Shown here piece after piece: positions 12,073-21,952 of a stretch of 64,000 nt of DNA. Each line of letters opens with the position of its first letter. The stretch's first letter is position 1. The position numbers and the translations under genes were made by a program. The DNA lies in the NCBI GenBank assembly GCA_020891255.1, contig BQFW01000008.1, forward strand, positions 620,001 to 684,000. Direction: 5' to 3'. The DNA is from Entomortierella parvispora E1425. Lineage: Eukaryota; Fungi; Mortierellomycota. The notes below the pieces were generated by a model. That model was not told the DNA's origin, did no database searches, and worked only from the letters and a program-made list of their open reading frames with translations.

Positions 12073-12977
12073 TTAATAGCCGGAATTATCGTCGTCGTAG
12101 CCATCCTCGCCTTCGTTGTCTCCTAGGTCCTTGGGGTTCTCGTCGCTGTCCTCGTCTTCAATACCATCGTCTTCAGCATCGTCGTCGTCATCATCATCAC
12201 CATCATCATCTTCACCGTTGTTTCCTTCGGTTGTGGTCTTTGAAGGAGTGACCTCGGTCTCGTGTGTCACGTCCTTGTGCTTTTCAGTGTTGGAGGTATT
12301 AGGGCTTGGCTGGTTTGGTTGTTGTTTAGGCGCTGGCGTCGTCTTTGAAGTGTCAACGGCAGGTGCAGGTGCCGTTGTCACTGGGATGCAGCTGTTATGA
12401 CAGTCATCAAACTCGATCACACAGCCCGACATGCTGATCGAATTCAATAGACAATCTTCCTGTACTATCAGACACTGTTCTACACAGTTGTGTTGATCTA
12501 CAGCTGTTATTGAGAGGAAAGGACCGCCGTTAGAATGCATGGTTTTTGGAGGAAAAGGAGTGCACTGGGCAAAAAAAAGGGGGTTTGGGGTTCCCAGGAT
12601 TGCATCATGAGAGCAATTTGGGCGTAGCCATAAAACAAAAGCCGTCTCAGAGAACGACTTGGGACTGGAGACTGGAGAGCAAGCTCATTCCCTAGGACCG
12701 TGTCAGTTTGAATGAAATGAAGAGGTCTTCCACCAAGTTTGGTCTCTTTTTGCACATTGCTAGTCCATGCGGTGAGGATGGGCGTTGCGGCATGACGCCC
12801 ACCTGCCAAGAATAGAATGAACGGGGGACAAACGTGGCGCAAACGAGCGTCTGCGGGAAGAGTTGCGCCAAGTTAATGGAGGGGGAATGGACACCTACTC
12901 TCTTGAGGAAGGGGTGCCGCAGTGGCGAGCATGCAGAGGGTCAGACCCACGGAGAGGGTGAGTGCAGTTGTGCGCAT
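12073..12977 (-). CDS. Small secreted protein, about 169 aa: signal peptide, 6-Cys module, Thr/Pro linker, Asp/Glu-rich tail; exons 12977-12899, 12503-12073
   Basis: Exon 1 encodes MRTTALTLSVGLTLCMLATAAPLPQE. A phase-1 GTAGGT donor joins a CTAAC-branch/CAG acceptor in frame to VDQHNCVEQCLIVQEDC...C...C...C. Confidence 0.65.
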
Positions 12978-13408
12978 GGTGGGCAAATTGAACAGGGTGG
13001 AGGGTGTAAATGAAGTGCGGAGGGAAAGGAGAGAGAAGAGTGCGAAGCAGCCGAAGGACAGGAAGGAAGGACAGGAAGGAAAGGAGGAGGGCGAAAAAGC
13101 TGCACGTGATATTTTTGCAATTGCAGAGGGGACGGCCAGGCTTGCATTTAGCGAGTGCGCGGCCAATCGCAGCGACCACCGAGGCCGAGCACCGAGAAAG
13201 CAAGAGGGGGCAGTTTCACGTGTCTTTTTTCCTTTCCTTCTCCACGGCCAGGGACAGGGACAGGCCAGGGACACGATCGCGGGCGGCTCCCTTGCTGACC
13301 TTTCTTCCTTCGTGCTCCCTTCCTTTTCTCTTTGTATTCACCCACTCCTCTCCTCTCCTCTCCTCTCCTCTCCACTCCACTCCATTCATCCATCTCCACC
13401 CCTGCCTC

Positions 13409-15735
13409 ATGAACATCGCCACGCCTCTTCGCACCACGCGCCATCTGGCCAGGTACTGTACCCCCGTTCTTATTCTCAATCTCATTTCATTCCCACGTTG
13501 CACCAAAGCCGAATGCAACCGCAGGCGGACTGACCCGACTACGTCCTGCTTCCTGACGTTAGCTTGCTGACCGGCGTGTCGCGTCCTCAGTTGACAGCCC
13601 AGGTCCGTCGTCGCGCTGCCTCGGCCTTTTACTCTTCTGCAGCAGCCCAGGTGGATGCGCACCAGGTCCCCGAAAAGTCGTTCCAGAACCAATCCAGATT
13701 GCCTCGCTTGCCTATTCCATCACTCGCCGAGACCGCTGCCCGGTACAAGCGTAGTCTGGTTCCCATCTTGAATGAGAACGATTTGGCTCGCGCCGAGAAG
13801 GCTGTGGATGAGTTTGTCAAGCCCGGTGGGCTCGGAGAGACCTTGCAGGGACGCCTTCACGAGATGGACAGGACCGAGAAGCACTCTTGGCTGGAGACCA
13901 TCTGGCTCAACAAGGGATACCTTGAGTGGCGTGAGCCTTCCATGATCAATGTCAACTGGTGGGCCCAGTTCAAGGACTCGCCCCACTTCAACTTGGAGAG
14001 AACACCCGATCGTGGAGTGATCTCGGATGTTCAGATCCAACGGGCTGCCAACTATGCCAGTTCGTTGCTCAACTTTAACGATCTGGTCAACAGCCAGACC
14101 TTGCCCCCAGAATACCAGAGGACGACTCCCCTCTGCATGAACCAGTACAAGAATCAATTTGGTGCATACAGAGTCGCAGAGATGCCTCGGGATAGAATCG
14201 TGACTACTTGGCCCACGACTGCCAACTATATTACCGTGATGATGCGGGATCAGATCTTCAGAGTGCCCGTCACCGGACCCAACGGAGAGCGAGTCTCTGT
14301 TCAGGCGATCGAGCAACAATTAAGACATGTGGTCGAGGCCGTGAACAACACCCCCGAGCATGAGAGACAGGCTGCGGTCGGCGTGTTGACCTCGGAGAAC
14401 AGAGATACTTGGGCCAAGGCTCGTCAAACCCTTCTGGGATTGTCGCCCTTGAACCATGCCACCTTGTCCTCCATCGACAATTCCTTGTTCGTTGTCTGCC
14501 TGGATGATTACAGTTCGGACCGGGATATCGATATCTCCCATCACAACATCTTCCATGCGAACAATGCTCATAACCGTTGGTTCGACAAGTCGATGCAGTT
14601 CATCTTTGAGAACAACGGACGTGCTGGAATTAACGGCGAACATACCCCCGCCGACGCTGTTATCCCTGGCCGCATCCTGGATGAACTCGTGAGAAAGTAA
14701 GCCGACAACTCTGTAGTGAAGATCTTGTCTTGTTCTCGTTTTTGTACTGACTGCTGATCTCTTACGTTGATGTGATTAGCGAGAAGACTGCTGAGCCCAG
14801 AGAGCCAACTCACGCTCAGTTGGCCTCCATCGAGCCCTTGAAGTTTGTGGTCAATGACGAGATCAAGGAGACAATCAAGCAGGCTGAGGTCAATGCCAAG
14901 AAGATGATTGACAATGTCGACAGTTGCTTGATCCACTTTAACGAGTATGGCTCCAACTGGCTCAAGAGCGGTATGTGTCCTCGTGGATATCTTTTTTTTT
15001 TTTCAAGTTGATCATTGCAATCTGGACTATTGTTTCTAATCCTTGATTGCTCCGTGTTACAGTGAAATGCTCCCCTGATGCCTATGTTCAGATGGTTCTT
15101 CAGCTTGCTTACTACCGCCACTATGGCACCTGGACACCCACATACGAGTCTGCATCCGTCAGAGCTTTCCTCGGTGGTCGCACGGAGACTGTCCGAACTT
15201 GCTCCGTCGACAGTGTCGCGTTCGTCAAGGGATTCGAGAACAAGCACGCTGATGTAAGGACCCCCCCCCCCTTTTTTTTTTTTTGTGTCGATAAATGTGA
15301 TCCCCACAGCTCATTTTCGTTCTTCTTTCATAATAGAACATCGAGAAGCAGCGCCTGTTGGCCAAGGCTATTGGCTCGCATCTGGAGTACATGATGGCAG
15401 CTTCTGCAGGAAAGGGCGTGGATCGTCACCTTTTGGGACTTCGCTCTATGATGCAGACCCCCGAGGAGCAGAAGCAGGCTTTGATCTTCCAAGATCCCTC
15501 TTATATCCAGTCGATGTACTTCCGCCTTTCGTCATCCAACATGTCGCCCGGTGACAATTTCTGGGGAGGCTTCGGACCTGTTGTGCCGGAGGGTTATGGT
15601 ATCAATTACGCCATTGGCAAGGAGAACATCAAGTTCAGTATCTCGAGCTTGCGGTCGTGCCCCGAGACCAACTCTCGGGAGTTCCGCGAATCCATCTTGG
15701 GTGCCTTGAGAGATATGAAGAAGACCCTGGGTTAA
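13409..15735 (+). CDS. Carnitine O-acyltransferase (choline/carnitine acyltransferase family), probably mitochondrial; exons 13409-13452, 13563-14696, 14780-14970, 15063-15253, 15337-15735
   Basis: LPRLPIPSL, NRWFDKS, catalytic GEHTPADA, TYESASVRAFLGGRTETVR, GKGVDRHLLGL and GFGPVVPEGYGINY motifs. Arg-rich presequence-like N-terminus. Confidence 0.93.
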
Positions 15736-15821
15736 TGCAAAATGGAGATAGTGAGAGGAACAATTGACCCTGTTTATAGCATTAAAAAAATTGACTGAAA
15801 AAATTGGGCTTTTGTTGTTGT

Positions 15822-17692
15822 TCAAACCACAGGCTCTCCCCTTCGCCTCTTGTCCGGTTGTGCAGTGGGTTCATGGTCAACTTCATACTCCATCTGTGCA
15901 ATTTGAGATATCACGACAGAATAGTTTTTAGCACAAACAACCGCAGGGAAATTGTCGTCCAATTCGGGTTCGGGTCCATCGTTTTCGTCCGAAGACGATT
16001 CATCATTGCTGAAGGCTGGGTCCGCTGTTGAAGTTGCTTGAATACCCAGATAGGAGAGCGCTATTGGGATCACTTCAGCGAAAGAGGGATCGTCCTGATA
16101 AGTGCACCAAAATTCTTGTGGATGGACCACATACTTTTCCACGTCCATCTCTGACGAATAGAGGGCCTGGTAGGCCAAGGTGGCGACGTTCTCAGGCTGT
16201 TCGTCTCCTTCATCCATGGTTTCCATGGTCATGATCTCGGAGCAGGGCTTGTCGGCCATTCGTTGTTGAATCTTGTCTCGCAATAAGTTCATGGCGCTCT
16301 GTTCAAGGGTAATAAATCCTTCAGCAGCTTTCGGGTCCTCGACGGTGGTGGTTTTCATGAAATCACTTGCTGCACACGCCGGGTTCAGATAGATTGCAAG
16401 GAGTTCGTGATCTGATATCTCTGAGAGCGGCCATGATTCCCGTAACTGCGCCTCTAGACTTGTATGTAACGCCTGTGCCTGTGTTGTTTCGACGGTCCTG
16501 ATAGGTAGCAGGACAGTGTAGACATGGGTATAGACCTGTGAGAGTGTCAGCCTGCTAGCTGATGTTCTCGCCCAGTTCATGAAGTTCACTACCGGCTGTA
16601 ACAGGGAAATCATTTCTTCGAGAGCCAAGAACTCATCGTCGTCCATCCTGAACCTTTCCAATGCCTCCGCGTCTTTCTTGAGGTAATATCTGAGGTCTTC
16701 CTCGAGGTCTCCAGACTTCTTTCGTTTTAGATCCTGGATTAGTCTCAAAAGCTTGGGATAGGCCATATGAACTCTTGCTGCCATTGTGAACCACGAGTTC
16801 CATGGGTCCACATCCAAGGTGAAGAGCTCCCATGTGCTGTAGTAGTTTTTTTGTTGTTCCACAGTGAAGAGTTCTGATAACGACGTGCTTCCAGAGATGT
16901 AATGGGTGATGTCCCTGCACTTTCGAAAGATGGCCATGACTGCGCTGTCCTGCTCGATAGAGTTGGTGATGCACAGCTCAGTCTTGTGGGAGGTACAGTG
17001 CACCCAGGGGATGTGAGAAATGTCTTTCGAGTACAGGTCAACAGCCTTCTGGATGTTGCGTCCTTGACCCGTGGTAACGGCCGAGATACGCCCCTGAAGG
17101 CCCCAGTCGCGGATGACTCCATCTAAAAAAAAATGATATGAATAAAGTGCAGGTGGAACGAACAAACGTCCTTTCAGACGAGCAACTTACCAAGTGTATC
17201 TTTGATATCACTGGCCTCTTGATAACCACGGACATGCTCCATGCTCAGGATGAGGGAAATCGCATTAAACGATGGGGAGAAAAAGTGGCCACGGATACAA
17301 AGGAACCTTGTCTCTTCTGAATTTTCGATATCTTCCAGACTCTGGAAGATCTCCTCTGGACGTTCCCAGTCATCGAGAGTGAGGGAGATTTGGCAAGGTA
17401 GCGAGATGAGGTACCCTTTGATATGCTCTTTTTGTTCTCGAATGATCTCGTAAAGTCGATTCTGAAGTATTGCAATGGGTGGCACTGGAAGGTTTTCGTT
17501 GAGGAAATGGCACAGCCTTTTCAGACATGGTGCCTCCAAGAGACTGAAGGAAACCCCTGCTTGCAACACCAGTTGCAAAAGAGCGTCATAAAACTTTATC
17601 ATTTCGTCCGAGGTTGGCTTTCGCACGTTACTGGCGATCTCTTCCCTCTGCCGATCGTAAAGAGCAGACTCGAGCCGCACTTGAGCTGACAT
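15822..17692 (-). CDS. hAT-transposase-derived protein, about 600 aa, probably domesticated and catalytically inactive; exons 17692-17191, 17122-15822
   Basis: hAT-like motifs SLTLDDW, FLCIRGHF, VTTGQGRN (normally TTDNGSN), CTSH (CxxH), DVDPWNSW (normally TRWNST) and FW..Y...P.......LSYLGIQATS (hATC dimerisation region). Intact ORF with a 68-nt phase-1 GT-AG intron. Confidence 0.75.
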
Positions 17693-18018
17693 TGGATGAG
17701 TGTGTTGGTGGCAGGGGCTTGTGTCGTGCAAGTCCAAAAAAAAAAAAAAGAGTGAAAAGATAGGAAAAAGCAAGTGGGCACAAACCAATGCTTTTATCTT
17801 TTTATCTCTTTCCCGCGGGACCGGGAGAGGAGCGGCCCATGCGTGACAGTCAATAACAAAACATGTGCGGAGAGAGTGAGTGGGACAAAGCCACAACATT
17901 TGGATCAAAAAGTCTGACTTTATTTTTGGTGGCGTTGGCCATCGCTGGGCGTCCGATCGACTTTTTCAAAGAGGAGGCGGACATCTTGTCAGCCTGATTC
18001 CTCGCACCAGGATCCTCT

Positions 18019-18347
18019 TTAAAGGTTGCGCTCGCAGTAGGCAGTGCCGCAGGTGTAGCAGCTGGGGCGGATGATCTGGCAGTGCCAGCCCTTGCCGCAA
18101 GGGGGGCAATCAGTGGGAGCTGGGGGGCACTTGAGGCAGTCTGATAGTTCGTCAAATCATGCAAGGAAGGCTGGATTAACGTCATTTCCATGGGTACCAT
18201 AGAGTTGAATAACTGAGTGAAAAAAACAGAGTGAATATCCAAAGTGGAGCTTCTGTTACCTTCCTGGGAATCACCCTGGGCGGCGGCGGATCCGAGCACC
18301 ATTATCATGGCGATGGCAAAGAAAGAGGCAACACGAGTGGAAAGCAT
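18019..18347 (-). CDS. Secreted 69-aa 8-Cys peptide (Opy2-like Cys-rich domain); exons 18347-18260, 18140-18019
   Basis: Signal peptide MLSTRVASFFAIAMIMVLGSAAA, then a phase-1 intron 18141-18259 (GTAACA..CAG). Spliced product ends DCLKCPPAPTDCPPCGKGWHCQIIRPSCYTCGTAYCERNL*. This frame is not in the ORF track. Confidence 0.85.
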
Positions 18348-18440
18348 GGCTGGATTTGGTTGGGTTGGGTTTATTGGTTTTGTTGGTGAAGGAGATGATG
18401 TTGTTTGGATGAGGATGAAAACAGAGGCGGAAGTCCAAGC

Positions 18441-18447
18441 TTTTATA
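18441..18447 (-). promoter_or_regulatory. Candidate TATA box of peptide gene at 18347
   Basis: TATAAAA on the minus strand, about 94 nt upstream of the ATG, followed by a CA-rich 5' leader. Confidence 0.5.
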
Positions 18448-20196
18448 GAATAATAGGCAGTGACTTCAAGTTGCCGGGTGGCTCTATTAGGACGGGATGG
18501 AGGAAAACGCGAAGCAATACAGTCTACCCATGAAGAAGGAGGCTGCAGAAAAACAAGTACGCGTCTTGTCTCCCCGGGTTGCTCCTCGCTTCTCCTCCGG
18601 AGGAATTCAGGTCCGGGTTCAAATATGCAAGTTCTACTACGAAAAGAGAGCAGTCAATGACCAGAAGTCTTGGATCATAGATGCACCAAAAAAAAAACGC
18701 GTCAACCCAGGAATCTGAGAACCCATGGTTATTACCTTCCTACTCACTCCCTCAGACGCGCGATAGCAAGAACCCCGGTCTGCAAAACAAAACAAAAAAA
18801 AAGAAGGACGCAACTAAGCGAAACCGACCATTGCTTCTGTCGGCGATTTAGATTTTTTCGATCGGTGCATTGCATTGCATGTCGCGCAGCCATACCGTTT
18901 GTCTGACAAATGGCGCACACGTTTATATTGACATTCTCCTTCAGTCAAGCTGTTAACCAAACAAAACGATGGGTGCTCAACCGTGGGTAATTTCCCAAAG
19001 GGAATCGTGGCTCTGCCTTTGGGCGTAAACTTGGTCGCGGTTTCAAAGCGTCTTCATGTTTTTGTTACAGTCCCCGGGTTCAATGGGTCTCTAATTGTTC
19101 ACAGGTGCACGTTCTGGGGTGGGGTCCTGGGAAGACGGTTATTGCAAAATGGCATGGGCTCTACCAAAAAAAAAAAAAAAAAAAAAATCTCGCTGAAGGG
19201 CTGTTACACCTTGCATCAATCATTCCCCAACCCAATACGACTCGGTTCTTTCATTCAGTCGGAACATAGGTTCCCGTGAACTCTAGGATCGAGGATTCAC
19301 TAGATAGGCTGTGAGGTAGGCTGTGAGGTGGGAGCTGACGCCATGCCCTCAAAGAACTGATGTTGAAACGACTACGGTATTATTCAACTAGACGTGTGTG
19401 GACGCGTTGGACACAGTACACACAACCCCTGCCATCCTCCTTGTGAATTGGATGCTGGGTGCCTTCCGTTGGATAGCTGCCAACTGCGCACGTTTTGGTC
19501 TATTGCCGCCTCTATAGGTCGTTGCAGCATCTTTGCTTGAAGAGAGGACACTAATCGCAGGAGATACCTTGCAGGGCTTTAATGTGCTTCATGCAAGCAA
19601 GTGTTTTTATTTTTCGAGGGAAGAGGGGGAAGAGGTTCGACATCAGAAAGACCTGCAAAGGAACCAAAACAAGAGTTCTTCCCGATTCCTACTCACCGGG
19701 GTTCTCTCAAATCAAGGAGGCGCTGTATCTGTTCATCTGCATCAGATCTCGCCATCTAACCAGAAGGGGGGATTCTATCAACAGGACATTGTGTGACGGT
19801 ATGGTTGCTATGGTCGAAAGAGTTACTGGGAGGGCAGTTGAGATCTGTCCGCCCGATCCCAAAATCTTTGCGAGACAACGCTGCTTGTCAAACTTTCTTT
19901 TCTGCCCTCCATTCAAGGACTCGCGTCGTTGGGTGATGGCGAGAACGCCGGCGCTCAAGCAACAGGTGGAGTGGGACGCGTTGCGCCTTACTTTGGTTCA
20001 AAAATTCATCGCCACAGACACAATCACTCATCCAAAGTGAAGGGAGGCCCAATGTCTATCAACGAGTAGGTACGATTGCAGCAAAAAAAAAAAGCTTTTA
20101 TTTCTTTTTTTGCCTTTTCTCCAAAGCGTCGAGTGCTTGAGACAAAGTCACTTCAGAAGAAAAGTGCAAAGAGGGGACGGTAGGTGTAGTTGGGCC

Positions 20197-20612
20197 TTAA
20201 ACCTTGGGCTTGCAGGAAGCAGAGCCGCACGATGTGCATGTAGCGTCGATGATGTCGCAGAACTGGCCTTCAGGGCATCCCTGGGCACACATAGGAGGAG
20301 CAAAGCACTGGATACAGGCTATGAAGAGATAAAAAAAATAGTGATTAATATGTAAGTCTCAAGTTGCTGCCACTGAGGTCAAGCTGTCGGAGAGTGGCCT
20401 ATATAGTTCTTACTACTCTCCTTGGGCTTGCAGGAAGCAGAGCCGCACGATGTGCATGTAGCGTCGATGATCTCGCAGAATTGGCCTTCTGGGCAACCCT
20501 GGGCGCACATAGGAGGAGCAAAGCACTGGATACAGGCTATGAAGAGGTATGTAAGTTCCAAGTTGTTGTCACTGAGGTCAAGCTGTCAGAGAGTGGCCAA
20601 TGTAGTTCTTAC
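20197..20612 (-). repeat. Direct tandem duplication of an intron+exon unit (about 199 and 217 nt)
   Basis: 20414-20612 and 20197-20413 align over both intron and exon. The second intron has a net 19-nt insertion. Confidence 0.95.
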
Positions 20613-20709
20613 TATCCTTTGTCTTGCCTGCAGGCATAGCAACGGCTGCGGATGCAAGCATCATCGTCATGGCGACAGCAAAGAGGGAAGCAACGCGGGC
20701 AGAAAGCAT
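20197..20709 (-). CDS. Secreted 113-aa peptide with two tandem 8-Cys (Opy2-like) domains; exons 20709-20613, 20536-20414, 20318-20197
   Basis: Signal peptide MLSARVASLFAVAMTMMLASAAVA. Two near-identical exons encode CIQCFAPPMCAQGCPEGQFC(E/D)IIDATCTSCGSASCKPK, each preceded by a homologous phase-1 GTAAGA..TAG intron. Confidence 0.88.
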
Positions 20710-21952
20710 CTTGATATTGTTTTCTTTGGTGGGTAGTGGAGGGTGGGTGAGGTTGACTTAAGACGACTGGTGAAGAATGGTGATTGCTGGAAGATTGGAA
20801 GAAAATACCATGGAGACTTCCTCTCCTTTTATGAGGAAATGAGGACCATAGCATCCTTTCCTCAGAGACGGCGGGACAACAGTCTTGGCGCTATCAGCTC
20901 CCTGAAAGAGTTGAGCGAGGCAACTTCCGCCCGCCTCGTTGAAAACAAAAAGGCGCGTTTACCGGTTTCCTAACCCAATCTAGAGCTCCCTCAAAGCTGC
21001 AGCCTTCAATGTTGCGCGATCCGGGTAACTCGAGCGGCGTGCGATTTGTTGCATTGCATTGCATTTCAATGCACCCAACGCCAAGTTAAAAAAAAAAAAA
21101 AAAAAAAAAAAAGGCGCACAATTCTTCGATTTCATTCATACCGTCATCTGATGCCATAGCTGCAATTGCGGACCATAGGACAATTCTCTCCAACAAACAT
21201 CTTATGTTGCACGTGTAAGGACCACTCAACTGTCCCACAGGGGTGCACGAAGAGGCAATCGAAGAATCCTGCATGGGAGCAACAAATCGGACTTGGGATC
21301 TCACCATGGGGCTCCTTCCTTCTTTTTTGTCGAATCCTCTGTCCGCCCCGCAACTTTCCAGCATGTGTGAGAGCAAAGAAAAGTACATGCACGGGCGTAT
21401 ATATTGTTCTTTGTGGTTCCAACGGCGTGCAAGTGCCACACAACAGACGGTGGTCCACTGGTAGTAGCGATCAGCTGTGCATCAAGATCGGTCCCCGAGG
21501 ATGACTCAATCTCTCTTTTTTTTTTTTTTTTGAAAAGAACTGCTGATGTTACATGGATATGGTCCCCAATGCAATGTCATCAATTGCTGCGCTCGCAACA
21601 ATTTTGCGAGAAGACATTTGCAGATAGAGAAGACGTGGCGCTGCTGCGTGCCCAAAGGACAGGCTCAAAGAAAGTGCCATACCACATGCTACAGCCATAG
21701 AGTTTTTCATTTTTATTTTTGCGATGAGAGATGGAGGGCAATCATAAATAGCAACGGAATGGACATTGGCATAGAATGAAAGAAACCTACGAAGAAGCGA
21801 CCGCAGAGCCAATAAACAACGTGCTACGTCTCTTTGACATTTAGTTCTCGAGACAGGGGCAGTCTAGTCGATGGGCGCTCCTTTCTCTATTCTAAGCTCC
21901 ATGGGCTGATCATCGGTGAAAGCTTGTGCCGCTGACTTGATTCGTAGTGTTG

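Noticed and set aside
15736-17900. Terminal inverted repeats or target-site duplication around the hAT-like gene
   Set aside because: None recognised by eye at either end, so it is not called an active mobile element.
17850-18347. 165-aa ORF with signal peptide from the ORF track
   Set aside because: It reads through a phase-1 intron. The spliced 8-Cys frame is far more protein-like and matches the paralogue at 20709.
19582-20040. 152-aa plus-strand ORF between the two peptide genes
   Set aside because: No signal peptide, Cys pattern or known motif. I found no third peptide paralogue in this spacer.
20197-20612. Repeat-spacer-like pattern suggesting CRISPR
   Set aside because: Eukaryotic locus with only two long units that correspond to intron+exon copies and no unique spacers.
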